A model generated the notes under the pieces. The model had not been told where the DNA came from. It worked only from the letters and a program-made list of their open reading frames with translations, and searched no databases. This document shows positions 30,296 through 40,483 of a DNA stretch of 64,000 bases, piece after piece; positions within the stretch are counted from its first letter, which is position 1, and each line of letters starts with the position of its first letter. This DNA is from Vulcanimicrobiota bacterium (lineage in GTDB: Bacteria; Vulcanimicrobiota; Xenobia; Xenobiales; Xenobiaceae). The stretch covers positions 327,815 to 391,814 of the forward strand of contig CALUQR010000001.1 of assembly GCA_944322965.1 (NCBI GenBank), read 5' to 3'. The position numbers and the translations under genes are program-made.

Positions 30296-33200
30296 TTGTC
30301 AGAGAATATCTTAGCTAACGACTTAGAGGCCCGCCAGCGGGCCCTCGATCCGCGGCGTTCCTTTATCGTGCAGGCTCCGGCGGGTTCGGGCAAGACCGGC
30401 CTCTTGACCCAGCGCTTTTTGCGTCTTTTGGGGGTGGTGCAGCGCCCGGAGGCCATCTTGGCTATCACCTTTACCAATAAGGCGGTGGGGGAGATGCGCC
30501 AGCGTCTAGAGGAGGCGCTACGGGAGGCGGAGAGCGAGCCCTGCCCCGCCCAAGAGTATCGAGCCCAGACCTGGCGACTGGCGCGGGCCGCCTTAGAGCG
30601 CAGCCGACGCTTAGGTTGGGATCTGCTCGCTAATCCCAGCCGCCTGCAGATCCGCACGATCGACTCCTTTTGCGCCTACTTAGCTAAGAATCTGCCCCTC
30701 TCTAGCCACTTAGGCTCTTCCCTCTCCCCGGAGCCCGATAGCGCCTGGCTCTTCCAAGAGGCGGCGGCCCGAGTGGTAGAGCGCCTCTTTTATACCCCCG
30801 ATCCGCCCCCCCATTTAGCTGCTTACGCCCAAAAGCTCTTAGGCCAGCGCTTCAATAACGACCAATTGCGCTTAGAAGAGGCCTTAGCCCAGATGTTGCA
30901 GGAGCGAACCCACTGGCAGGCCTGGCTACAAGAGAAGGGGGAGGGCTTGCGAGAGACTTTAGAGTCGGGCTACGCCGCCTGGCGGCGGATGCTCTTAGAG
31001 AGTTTAGAGAAGAAGGCCCGGGAGCTCTTAGAGGCCCCCTGGTCCCCGGCGGCCCGCGCCCTCCAAGCTAGTCCCGGCCCCGATTGGCCCGCCTCCCCTC
31101 TAGAGGGGACGCCCGCCCTCTGGAGCGAGCTCGCTAGCTGGACGGAAACGCCCCCTCCCGCCTGGCGCCAGTGGCGCTCCCTCAGCCGCCTGCTCTTAAC
31201 TAGCGCGGGAGCTCTGCGCAAAGATTTCCGCAACGGGGCGGGGAGTAAGTACTATCCGGCGGCCGCCCAAATTAAAAAGGATAGCCATTGGCTCCCCTGG
31301 GCGGATCTCAAAGAGTGGTATAAGGATTGGCGCGAGAGTTTAGGGGCGGAGGAGGGGGAGGTGACCCAACTCTTAAATTGGGCGGCCCAAGCTTTGGGGC
31401 CTACCCCCTTAGAGCCCGAGCTCTGGCAAGAGATCTCTTCCTTAATAGAACTCTTCCAGTACGCCCAAGGGGAGCTGCGCCAAGTCTTTGGGAGCTACGG
31501 CCGTTGTGACTACGATCAGATTAGCGCGGGCGCCCTGCGCGCGAGCGACCCTTACGCTGAGGAGGGCTTAGCCCGCTTTAGCGTCGATAATCCGCTCCAA
31601 CATATCTTAGTAGACGAATACCAAGATACGTCTTGGAGTCAGTACCGGCTGCTCAATAATCTGACCTCCTCCTGGTCTACCCAGATCCCCGGCTTGGAAG
31701 AAGGGGGGCGCACCCTCTTCTGTGTGGGCGACCCCATGCAGTCTATCTATCGCTTCCGCTGGGCTAACGTGGGGGTCTATTTGTACACCCTCCAGGTAGG
31801 TTTTAGCGACGACAATCGGACTTTCCAGCTAGAGTCCTTAGTCCTGGGCCAGAATTTCCGCTCTAGCTCTAATTTGGTAGATACTTTGGGGCGCTCTATC
31901 TTCCAGGGGATCTTCCCTAAGGGCGAGGCGGCCGCCCCCGAGCGGGAGGCCATCCCCTTCTCGCCCTCGGTGGCGGCGCGCCCCGCCAACTCTCTGGCCC
32001 CCATTAGAGTCTTTCCCATCATTAGCGCCGATTCGCTCTCGGAGGGGGAAGGGGAGTACGATCCCGTAGCTTACGAAGCTTGGTTGATAGCCCAAGAGTT
32101 ACAAAAGCTTAGGGCTAGCCAACCCCAGGCTACTTGCGCCGTGCTCTTAGAGAGTAAGAAGCTGGGCGGGGCCCTCTTAGCCCACCTAGAGGGGCTGGGT
32201 ATAGCCTGTAGCCAAAAGGAGGTCTCGCCCTTAGCCCAAACTCCGCCCATCCCCCTCCTCTGGGCCCTGACGGAGGCCCTCTTAGAGCCGCTCCAGCCCC
32301 TGCCCTTAATTATTATCTTGCGCTCCCCCTTAGTGGGGCTCAACTGGGAGGAGCTAGCTTGGGTGGGAGAGCGCTACTGGCTGGGCCAGCGGGAGGAGAA
32401 GCCCCTCTTCTCCCGCCCTCCCTACCTCTGGCAGGCTCTAGGTCAGGTAGCTAAGCTCGACTTAGAGGAGCTCCAGCGGGAGAAGCCGCGTTTAGCCTCC
32501 GTAGCGCGCCGGGTGCGCCGCCTCTATGGGGCTCTCAAAAGGGCCCTCCAGGAGCGGCGCGGCTGGTCCTTAGCGGAGAGCGTGCGCTCCCTATGGTTAA
32601 CTTTGGGCGGGAGAGAGGTCGCCAGCCCCTCCGAGCGCCAATTATCAGAACAGTTTTTCGATTTTGTGGCCGCTTATCAGCGCCAGGGGCGCTGGCCTTC
32701 CCGGCGGCGTTTAGCGGAAGATCTAGCTAAGCTTAGCGCCCAGTCGCCCCTAGCTTTAGAGAATCCGGTCCAATTTTTGACTATCCACGGGGCCAAAGGT
32801 TTAGAGTTCGATTACGTCTTCTTGCCCGGTTTGGGCCGCTCCCAGGCGCCGCCCCAGCGTTCCGGGTTGTGGCGCATGGCCGAATTCTTAGATCCCCAGG
32901 GGCAGGGGCGGCAGCTCATGTTTATGCCCGGCTATTGGCAGGAGGAGGACCCGCAACATTACATTTTGCGGGCTATCGGGGGGCTCAATGAGCAATTGCG
33001 GGCTAACGAGTTGGTGCGCCTCTTTTACGTGGCCGCGACCCGGGCTCGGGAGGGGATCTGCGTCTACCCTTACCTGCAACGGGCGCAGAGTACCCAGGCG
33101 GAGGGGGGAGATTGGAAGCCCCAACATGGGGATAAGCTGCTCAATACCCCCCTCTGGCAGGTCCTGCGCCCCTTCTCCGCCCTAGATCCCAGCCAAGATT

Positions 33201-33976
33201 CCTTCTTAGAAGAGTACGCGGCCAGCCTCTCTAAGTGGCGCCAGGAGCGCGCTCCCGCAGAGAGAGCTCAGTTGCGGGCCCTGTCTTTAGAGTGGACGGA
33301 GCGCGCGGATTGCGTCCCGGGCTGGGATCGGGAGGAGCGCCTCCAGATCTACCAGCCCCCGGCCCCTCACTCCGGAGAGCGCCGACCCGAAGCGCCCGAA
33401 GGGGAGAGCGATTTCTACTGGCGCACCTGTTTGGGGAAGATTATCCACTCCCTCTTGGAGAATTTAGCTAGGCAGCTCCACCAGTGGCGTACCCCGCTGG
33501 ACGACGAGTTGGCCCGGCGCTTAGAGAGGCAGTATGCGCCCCAATTGGAGCTCCAGTGCGGCAGCTCTCTAGGGCGGGAGGAGCGCTCCTTGGCCCTAGA
33601 GTTGGCCCGTCAAGCTCTGCGCGGGGCCCTCTATTCGCAGCGCGGGCGCTGGGTCTTAAATCCCCACCCCCAAGGGGCCTGGGAGGAGGCCTTTTACCGC
33701 TGCCTGCCCCCGGAGGAGGGCGGCGGCTACCAGAAGCGCATCCTAGACCGCACCTTCCTAGAGGGCGGGGTGCGCTGGATTATCGATTATAAGAGCAGCC
33801 GCCTCAAGGAGGGGGAAGAGCTGGGCCAATTTTATAAGCGCAAGGCCCAAGATTATCGGGAGCAGCTAGATCTCTACGCCCAGATCATTAAGCGCTGCGG
33901 CTGGGAAGGGGAGCGCGTAGCCTGCGCCCTCTATTTCCCCTTAGTAGCTGAGGGCGAGGGCTGGCTAGAGTTCTAA
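30296..33976 (+). CDS. addA: AddA-type helicase-nuclease (UvrD-like SF1 helicase with C-terminal PD-(D/E)xK nuclease)
   Basis: Walker A is APAGSGKTG; also present are DEYQD, GDPMQSIYRFR, QNFRS and VAATRAREG helicase motifs. The C-terminal IIDYKSS is the nuclease motif. Confidence 0.8.
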   Translation: MSENILANDLEARQRALDPRRSFIVQAPAGSGKTGLLTQRFLRLLGVVQRPEAILAITFTNKAVGEMRQRLEEALREAESEPCPAQEYRAQTWRLARAALERSRRLGWDLLANPSRLQIRTIDSFCAYLAKNLPLSSHLGSSLSPEPDSAWLFQEAAARVVERLFYTPDPPPHLAAYAQKLLGQRFNNDQLRLEEALAQMLQERTHWQAWLQEKGEGLRETLESGYAAWRRMLLESLEKKARELLEAPWSPAARALQASPGPDWPASPLEGTPALWSELASWTETPPPAWRQWRSLSRLLLTSAGALRKDFRNGAGSKYYPAAAQIKKDSHWLPWADLKEWYKDWRESLGAEEGEVTQLLNWAAQALGPTPLEPELWQEISSLIELFQYAQGELRQVFGSYGRCDYDQISAGALRASDPYAEEGLARFSVDNPLQHILVDEYQDTSWSQYRLLNNLTSSWSTQIPGLEEGGRTLFCVGDPMQSIYRFRWANVGVYLYTLQVGFSDDNRTFQLESLVLGQNFRSSSNLVDTLGRSIFQGIFPKGEAAAPEREAIPFSPSVAARPANSLAPIRVFPIISADSLSEGEGEYDPVAYEAWLIAQELQKLRASQPQATCAVLLESKKLGGALLAHLEGLGIACSQKEVSPLAQTPPIPLLWALTEALLEPLQPLPLIIILRSPLVGLNWEELAWVGERYWLGQREEKPLFSRPPYLWQALGQVAKLDLEELQREKPRLASVARRVRRLYGALKRALQERRGWSLAESVRSLWLTLGGREVASPSERQLSEQFFDFVAAYQRQGRWPSRRRLAEDLAKLSAQSPLALENPVQFLTIHGAKGLEFDYVFLPGLGRSQAPPQRSGLWRMAEFLDPQGQGRQLMFMPGYWQEEDPQHYILRAIGGLNEQLRANELVRLFYVAATRAREGICVYPYLQRAQSTQAEGGDWKPQHGDKLLNTPLWQVLRPFSALDPSQDSFLEEYAASLSKWRQERAPAERAQLRALSLEWTERADCVPGWDREERLQIYQPPAPHSGERRPEAPEGESDFYWRTCLGKIIHSLLENLARQLHQWRTPLDDELARRLERQYAPQLELQCGSSLGREERSLALELARQALRGALYSQRGRWVLNPHPQGAWEEAFYRCLPPEEGGGYQKRILDRTFLEGGVRWIIDYKSSRLKEGEELGQFYKRKAQDYREQLDLYAQIIKRCGWEGERVACALYFPLVAEGEGWLEF

Positions 33977-36900
33977 TCCTCCTCTTCCTCTAAGGGCAGG
34001 GTCCCCTCCAATTGGCAGAGGCGTTGGAGGTGGCAGCGCTGGCAGAATTGGGGGTGGGGGGTGGGGGGATAGGGGCCGTAGAGGAATTGGGTGGCCGCCC
34101 CCTCTAAGGTCTGGCGCCAGCCCTCTAGGCGCCCTTCCCAGTCCCCTTCGATCTCCAGCTTCTGTTTGGCGGTGGGGAGGGAAGGGGCCAGTTGGGGACT
34201 CGCTAGGCTCTCGCTGCGGGCCGGTTGGGCGCTCAATTTGGCAAATTGGAGACCCTGGGCGGGCGGGTCGAGGGAGAGGGCGTAGAGGGGTAGCTGGTAA
34301 TCTAACTGGCGCTCGCTGGGGGGTAGATTCCAGGCCTGGGGGGTGGCGGAACTGGCCCGCCCCGTCTTATAGTCGACGACCAATTGTAAGGGGCCCTGGG
34401 GGCCGGGCAGGCGGTCTAAGCGATCGAGGCGGCCATTGAAGGTCAGTTGGCTAGGGGGCTGGGCCCTAACTACCTCTAAGTTGGGGGCGGGCCCAGGCTC
34501 GGGCGGGGGCGGAGCGGGTAGACTAATTACTAAGCGCTCCTCTAAGGCGGCCACCTGGAAGGGGCCCCGCTGGCTCTCATAATTTTGTAGCCAATCCTCT
34601 AAGAGTTGGACGACTAATTGGCCCTCGTTAGCTAAGACGAGCGGACTAAAAGAGCGGTAGGCCTCCCCTTTTAACTCCTCTTCCTTTAAGTTCTCTAAGA
34701 TGGTATGCCATTGAGCGGGGCCCAAACGGCAGAGGGTGGCCCGCGAGTCTTCACCCTCTTGGGCTAAGTCAGCCAAGTGGCGCCAGAAGAGCTCCATCAG
34801 GCGGTGGAGGAGAGTACCGCGGTCGAGGCGGACGTCTAAGCCCACTTTGGGCGGGGCTGGGTACTGGCAACCTAAGCGGTGGACGAGGAAGGCCTTGCGC
34901 GGACAGTTGAGTTGATCGTTTAAAAGGCCCACCCCGCCTTTAAAGGAGGGCGCCCCGGGCCCTTGGGCGGTTCGGTTGGGGAGGGCTGGAGGCGGGGGAT
35001 AGTCGGGGCGCTCCTCTAAGAGGGAGGGGCCGCCGAGCGCTGCCGCCGGGATGGGGGGGTGCGCTTGAGGAATAGGGATCAAGGGGAGCTGCTTAGCTAA
35101 GGGGCTCAAGTTGACCTCTAAGAGTTGGCCCTCTTGCTCTAAGGCGGTCGACCAGTAGCAGCGCACTTGGGGGGCGCAATTGGTGAGGCGCTCCCATTGC
35201 TTTTGGGAGTGGGCTAGGCAACTTTCGGGAGTAGCGTAGGGCCAACCTAAGTCGGCTAAGAAGGCCTGGGGCAAGAAGCCTTTATAGCGCGGCTGGGCGG
35301 GGAAGTGGCGGTCGTTAAAGTCTAAGAGTAAGATCCGCTCCGCCCGCAAGTTGAGGGCCTGCTCTAAGCTAACTACGCGCAAGGTGGGCGAGGTCACCCG
35401 TTTGGCGGGGCCTAAGCGCGTAGTAGCTAGGCTGAGGGTCCAAAAGTAGAGGAAGTCGCTCCAACTTATCTTCTGTTGGTAGTAAGAGGCGGAGAGCTTA
35501 TAAAATTGGCGCAACTCGGCCAGGTAGGTAGAGATAATCTGGGCTTGGTTATGTTGGCGGCGGTAGAGGGGGGCTAGAGGGAACCACGTGAGCAATAGGC
35601 TAATGGCGTACTCCGCCCAGGCGCTCGGTTCGCATTCCAGTTGGGCGGTAGGCAGGGTAGAGGGGAGCTGGGCGGGGAGGGCGGGGCGTTCGCCGCCGCG
35701 GCTCAACCACAGGCGGCGCTGGCGACGCCACTGGCGGCGGGAGGCTTCGACCTGGTTGGGGATATAGGAGGTAGTTTGGGCTAAGAGGGCCCCTAAGAGG
35801 CGGCAGCGCTGGCGGCGGGCCAGCTGATAGAGTTGGGCGGCCGTAAATTGGGGGCGGGGGTCGGACTCTAGGAGGCGATAGAGGAGGAGGCGCTGGAAAT
35901 ATTCGCGTTTGGCGCCCCAGAGAAATGAGTTGCTGAGTAGATTTAAGAGGTCCTCTTTGTCGACTGGCCCCCGATGGAGCTTTAAGAGGGTACTCAGATC
36001 GTGGCCTAGACCCTGGCGCATGAGGAGGGGGCCCGTCCAGGCCTGGTAGGGTCTAGGCATATTTTGCCAGCCTAAGTATTGGGCCTGGGGCAGGAGGGCG
36101 CGATCGAGGAGCTGGCGCAGGGGCTCGATCTTCTCTTGCAATTGGGGGACGACTAAGAGGGTCTCCCCTAAGTGGGGGCGGGCCTCCTCTAAGGCCAATT
36201 GCACCTCCTCCTCCCAGCTGGGGGTAGGGGTAGTGGGGGAGGAGTCTAGAGAGTCGGCATTTACGGCTAGTTCTATACGCTCAGTGGCAGGGTAGCGGCA
36301 GTAGCCTACTTCGACCTCTAGCCCCACTTGGCGCAGGCGCTCTATTAAGCGGGCCGTCTGAGGGACGATCTCATAGAAGTTTAGCCACAAGAGGGGCGGG
36401 TGGTCGCGGAGGTCGACTGCGCAGCTAGACCAGAAGTGGAGGAGGGCGTTGGGGAGTAAGAACTCGCTCAGCATCCCCCGTTCCTTTTGGTACTCTAAGT
36501 AGCGCCTAACTAAGTCTAAAAAGAAGGTGTGGTCGGAGCTCAAAAGATACTCGTCGGCCGTCCCGCCCTGCAGGACCTTCCAAAATTCCGCCCCTAAGGG
36601 GCTCCAGCTTTGGGGGGGGCGTTCAAAGTGGGCTTGGGACAAGTTGGGCAAGGGGGGGAGGGCGTTATAGCGGCAGAGTAGGCCCCAGCACTCTTCTAGG
36701 GAGTGGGCGGTACCGCGCACGTTGAGGAGCTCTTTACCCTCTCGGCGGCTCCATTGGCGTAGGAGTTGGCCCCAGATGAGGGTCTCGCTAAAGCGGTCGA
36801 TGAGGGGCGGGAGGGGATGGCGGCGGGCGAGACTCTCCCACTCTTCTCGCTTCCAGAGGCGCAAGGTCTTGATCTTGGCTGCGGGCCAGACTTGGAGCCC

Positions 36901-37035
36901 TTGGGCGGCGTAGTAATTATTGAGCTCTTGGTGTAAGAAGCACTGCCCGTACTTGTCGGGGGCGACGATCTGCCATCTGGGATCGCTCTCTAAAAATTGC
37001 GCCAGTTGGGAGGGGGTAAAGTTGCGAGTGGCCAT
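33973..37035 (-). CDS. addB: AddB-type nuclease subunit (no Walker A; PD-(D/E)xK nuclease plus Fe-S Cys cluster)
   Basis: VVDYKTG is the nuclease motif. C...CQRCHLQRLC (C-terminus) plus the upstream CPRK Cys match the AddB 4Fe-4S arrangement. The gene is convergent with addA, and the 3' ends overlap by 4 nt. Confidence 0.7.
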   Translation of the reverse strand: MATRNFTPSQLAQFLESDPRWQIVAPDKYGQCFLHQELNNYYAAQGLQVWPAAKIKTLRLWKREEWESLARRHPLPPLIDRFSETLIWGQLLRQWSRREGKELLNVRGTAHSLEECWGLLCRYNALPPLPNLSQAHFERPPQSWSPLGAEFWKVLQGGTADEYLLSSDHTFFLDLVRRYLEYQKERGMLSEFLLPNALLHFWSSCAVDLRDHPPLLWLNFYEIVPQTARLIERLRQVGLEVEVGYCRYPATERIELAVNADSLDSSPTTPTPSWEEEVQLALEEARPHLGETLLVVPQLQEKIEPLRQLLDRALLPQAQYLGWQNMPRPYQAWTGPLLMRQGLGHDLSTLLKLHRGPVDKEDLLNLLSNSFLWGAKREYFQRLLLYRLLESDPRPQFTAAQLYQLARRQRCRLLGALLAQTTSYIPNQVEASRRQWRRQRRLWLSRGGERPALPAQLPSTLPTAQLECEPSAWAEYAISLLLTWFPLAPLYRRQHNQAQIISTYLAELRQFYKLSASYYQQKISWSDFLYFWTLSLATTRLGPAKRVTSPTLRVVSLEQALNLRAERILLLDFNDRHFPAQPRYKGFLPQAFLADLGWPYATPESCLAHSQKQWERLTNCAPQVRCYWSTALEQEGQLLEVNLSPLAKQLPLIPIPQAHPPIPAAALGGPSLLEERPDYPPPPALPNRTAQGPGAPSFKGGVGLLNDQLNCPRKAFLVHRLGCQYPAPPKVGLDVRLDRGTLLHRLMELFWRHLADLAQEGEDSRATLCRLGPAQWHTILENLKEEELKGEAYRSFSPLVLANEGQLVVQLLEDWLQNYESQRGPFQVAALEERLVISLPAPPPPEPGPAPNLEVVRAQPPSQLTFNGRLDRLDRLPGPQGPLQLVVDYKTGRASSATPQAWNLPPSERQLDYQLPLYALSLDPPAQGLQFAKLSAQPARSESLASPQLAPSLPTAKQKLEIEGDWEGRLEGWRQTLEGAATQFLYGPYPPTPHPQFCQRCHLQRLCQLEGTLPLEEEED

Positions 37036-37140
37036 GGCCTAACTTTAAGAGGAGAGCCAGAATTATCCTCTTCCCTAGGGGCGGAGTAGGAGAGGACCCT
37101 CTGGGCCCAGGGAGAACAGGAAGGCCGATTTGGCCAGGAG

Positions 37141-39282
37141 GTGCGGGTTATGGAGCAACAGGGCTTATTTAGGGCTTGGGAGGAAGAAGCCCAATCCGAT
37201 CCCCAGGCGGCGATAGCCGACCTCAGCGCCCTCATCAAGGGTTACGATCGGGCCTACTACCAAGAGAACGAGAGTCCCATCTCCGACGCGGAGTACGATC
37301 TCCTCAAAAGGCGCCTCCAAGAGTTAGAGAGCGAGTATCCCCAATTCGTCTTGCCCGATTCGCCCACCCAGAGCGTAGGCGGGGCGGGGGCGGCCACCTT
37401 TGCCAAGGTGACCCACTCTGTACCTATGCTCAGCATGGCCAACGCCCTCAACTTCCAAGAGTTAGACGATTTTGAGGCCCGCGTGCGCAGGGTCCTGCCC
37501 TTACCTACCCCCGTCCAGTACGTAGTCGAATTGAAGATCGACGGCCTGGCCTTGAGCCTCATCTATAAAGAGCGCCGCCTAGTCTTAGCGGCTACCCGCG
37601 GCAACGGTGAGGTGGGCGAGGACGTCACCGCCAACGCCCTGCAGATAGCCGACATTCCGCGCCAACTGCCAGCGGAGGCTCCCGACTATTTAGAAGTTAG
37701 AGGCGAGGTCTATATGGCCCGCTCCGTCTTCCAAGAGATCAACTCCACCTTGCCCCCCGGCGCCCAGAAGGCCAACCCGCGCAACTTAGCGGCCGGTTCC
37801 CTGCGCCAAAAAGACCCCCAGATGGTCAAGGAACGGCGCCTCAATTTCTTCGCCTATTACGTAATTAACCCCGTCCCCGGGGTAGAGAGCCAGAGCCAGG
37901 CCTTGGCCTACCTGCGCCGCCTGGGCTTTTCCGTAGCTAGTAGCTTGCCGCCCGGCTTTAAGGGCGATCCCAATCCCCTCTGCGCCTCTATGGAGGAGGC
38001 GCGCCGCTACTGTGAGGCTTGGACCGGCCCCAATCGCCAAAAGTTAGACTTTAATATCGACGGTCTGGTAGTCAAAGTCGACTCCTTCGCCCAGCAGCGC
38101 CAGCTGGGGGTCAACGTCACCTCGCCCAACTGGGCTATGGCCTATAAATTCCCGCCCCAAGAGGTAGAGAGCGTAGTCGAAGATATTATCTACCAGGTGG
38201 GGCGCACGGGGGCTATTACCCCGGTAGCCGTCTTGAGGCCCGTACAGATTGAGGGGACGACGGTCAGCCGCGCCTCCTTGCACAATATCCAATATATCCG
38301 CAATTTGGGCCTGCGGGTGGGGGACCGAGTCAAGGTCTACAAGGCGGCGGCCATTATCCCCCAGATCGCCTCGGTCATCGGAGCCTATACCTGGCCTACC
38401 CGCTGTCCCAGTTGTCAGCAGGTCCTCCAACATAGCGCCGACTATAAGGATACCCGCTGCCTCAATCCCGACTGCCCGGAGCGGGTAGAGCGAGCTCTGC
38501 TCCACTTCTGTTCCCGCGACGCTATGAATATTGAGGGGCTGGGGGTGAAGATTATTCACAATCTGGTCTGCGATCTGGGGGTGCGCCATTTCTCCCAACT
38601 CTACGCTCTGAGCTTAGAGGAGCTCTCCCAGGCGGCCAATAGCACGATTCTGGGCGGGGAGATTAAGGCGGAGATCGAGCGCAGCCGCCAGCGTCCCTTA
38701 GCCAACCTGCTCTTCGCCTTGGGGATCGAAGAGGTGGGCTTGGTGGCGGCTATCAATTTAGCGGGCCACTTTAAGAGCCTCGACAACTTGCGGGAGAGCG
38801 TCTTGGCCGATCCCCAAGTCTTAGAGTCTATCCCTTACTTGGGCGGTAAGGAGACGATCCCCGCCTACTTTGCCAATCCCCAGGTCCAAGAGGAGTTGGA
38901 GGCCTTGCGCCAGGCGGGTCTCAACTTCCAAGACCGTCAGGAGGGGGAGGGCTCCTCTAAATTGGCGGGTCTGACCGTAGTCTTGACCGGTACCTTAGAT
39001 GGGCTCAGTCGCACCCAGGCCTCGCAGCTCTTGCGCTCCCACGGGGCTAAGGTTACCTCTAGCGTCACTAGTAAGACGGACTACCTCATAGTGGGGACTA
39101 AGCCCGGTCACAATAAGTTGGCCGACGCCCAAAAGTATAAGGTCCCCCTCCTCAATCAGAGCCAGTTGCGCGAACTTTTAGAGGCGCCCCAGGCTCTAGA
39201 GTCTCAATCCGCTCCCCCGCAGGGAGAGACTAGCGATCTTTTTACAAACTCATCAGCAGATAAAGGAGAAGTCCATGCATAA
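37141..39282 (+). CDS. ligA: NAD-dependent DNA ligase
   Basis: KIDGLALSL is the adenylation Lys motif. OB, Zn-finger (CPSCQ...C..C), HhH and BRCT regions are all recognisable. The ATG at 37150 (AGGAGG upstream) may be the true start. Confidence 0.9.
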   Translation: MRVMEQQGLFRAWEEEAQSDPQAAIADLSALIKGYDRAYYQENESPISDAEYDLLKRRLQELESEYPQFVLPDSPTQSVGGAGAATFAKVTHSVPMLSMANALNFQELDDFEARVRRVLPLPTPVQYVVELKIDGLALSLIYKERRLVLAATRGNGEVGEDVTANALQIADIPRQLPAEAPDYLEVRGEVYMARSVFQEINSTLPPGAQKANPRNLAAGSLRQKDPQMVKERRLNFFAYYVINPVPGVESQSQALAYLRRLGFSVASSLPPGFKGDPNPLCASMEEARRYCEAWTGPNRQKLDFNIDGLVVKVDSFAQQRQLGVNVTSPNWAMAYKFPPQEVESVVEDIIYQVGRTGAITPVAVLRPVQIEGTTVSRASLHNIQYIRNLGLRVGDRVKVYKAAAIIPQIASVIGAYTWPTRCPSCQQVLQHSADYKDTRCLNPDCPERVERALLHFCSRDAMNIEGLGVKIIHNLVCDLGVRHFSQLYALSLEELSQAANSTILGGEIKAEIERSRQRPLANLLFALGIEEVGLVAAINLAGHFKSLDNLRESVLADPQVLESIPYLGGKETIPAYFANPQVQEELEALRQAGLNFQDRQEGEGSSKLAGLTVVLTGTLDGLSRTQASQLLRSHGAKVTSSVTSKTDYLIVGTKPGHNKLADAQKYKVPLLNQSQLRELLEAPQALESQSAPPQGETSDLFTNSSADKGEVHA

Positions 39283-40483
39283 CGTCTATCCTCTGGGATC
39301 GGAGATCTATTGGATCGGGGTCAACGACCGGCGCATCGATCTCTTTGAGAATCATTTCCCCGTCCCGGATGGGGTCTCTTATAACTCCTATTTTATTGAC
39401 GACGAAGAGACGGCGGTCTTAGATACGGCCGATAATAGCGTCTTGACCCAGTATTTCTCTAATTTAGAGTACGTCTTAAAGGGGCGTCCCTTAAATTACT
39501 TGATCGTCCAACATATGGAACCCGACCATTGCGCCGGTTTGGCCCATCTGGCCCACAAGTATCCGGAGACGAAGATCGTCGTCAACGAGCGCACGGCTTG
39601 CTTTATTAAGCAATTCTTCCCGGAAGGGGTCGATTGGGACTCGCGCTTCCTCTTAGTGACTAACGGCCAACGCCTCAAAGTCGGTAAGCGCGAATTGACC
39701 TTCGTCTTCGCCCCCATGGTCCACTGGCCGGAGGTGATGGTCACTTACGACGCTACCCACCGAGTCCTCTTCTCGGCCGACGCCTTCGGTAGTTTCGGCG
39801 CTCTGAGCGGCAATATTACCAACGAGCGGGCCGACGTGCGCTCCCGCATCGCCGAGTACCGGCGCTACTATACGAATATCGTCGGTAAGTACGGCTTCCA
39901 GACCTCCAAATTGTTAGGTATCGCCGCCGGTTTAGACTTCAAGATGATCTGCCCCTTGCACGGCTTAGTCCTCTGCCGGGACTTTGATTATCTGATCGGC
40001 AAGTATCAGAAGTGGGCTACCTACCAGCCCGAGGAGCGGGCGGTAATGATCGCCTTCGCCTCTATGTACCACCACACGGAGAATGCGGCCGAAGTCTTGG
40101 CCCGTTACCTGGATGCGGAAGGGGTGGAGGAGATCGCTCTCTACGACGTCTCGCGCCTCTCCCAGTCCCATTTGGTGGCGGAGGCCTTCCGCTGCAGCCA
40201 TATCGTCTTAGCCGCTCCCACCTATATGAATGAGCTCTACCCGGAGATGGAGCATTTCCTGCACGCTCTGCGCAGTCGCGGGGTGGCCGGACGCCAGTTG
40301 GCCCTCATCGGCAACGGCTCTTGGGCACCCCAGGCGGTCAAGGTCATGAGCGGGTTAGTGGCCTCTCTGCCGCGCACCAAGTTATTGGGAGTGGTAGAGT
40401 TTATGTCCTCTCTCAACGAGGCCAAGGAGCGCGAGCTCCAGGGCTTAGCCCAGCGCATCGCCGCCTCCTTGCGCGAAGATTAG
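39275..40483 (+). CDS. flavodiiron protein (metallo-beta-lactamase-like + flavodoxin-like domains)
   Basis: The N-terminus (YWIGVNDRRIDLFENHFPVPDGVSYNSYFI) and the HxExDH diiron site (QHMEPDH) are present. The C-terminal flavodoxin fold is also present. The gene overlaps the ligA stop by 8 nt. Confidence 0.75.
   Translation: MHNVYPLGSEIYWIGVNDRRIDLFENHFPVPDGVSYNSYFIDDEETAVLDTADNSVLTQYFSNLEYVLKGRPLNYLIVQHMEPDHCAGLAHLAHKYPETKIVVNERTACFIKQFFPEGVDWDSRFLLVTNGQRLKVGKRELTFVFAPMVHWPEVMVTYDATHRVLFSADAFGSFGALSGNITNERADVRSRIAEYRRYYTNIVGKYGFQTSKLLGIAAGLDFKMICPLHGLVLCRDFDYLIGKYQKWATYQPEERAVMIAFASMYHHTENAAEVLARYLDAEGVEEIALYDVSRLSQSHLVAEAFRCSHIVLAAPTYMNELYPEMEHFLHALRSRGVAGRQLALIGNGSWAPQAVKVMSGLVASLPRTKLLGVVEFMSSLNEAKERELQGLAQRIAASLRED

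Noticed and set aside
33961-33980. Exact addA/addB overlap coordinates
   Set aside because: My hand count of the printed line is 2 nt offset from the ORF-track ends at this position. I kept the ORF-track coordinates and do not claim base-level precision for the overlap.
37176-37562. 99- and 101-aa ORFs inside ligA
   Set aside because: They are out-of-frame and Arg/Pro-rich artefacts within a well-conserved gene.
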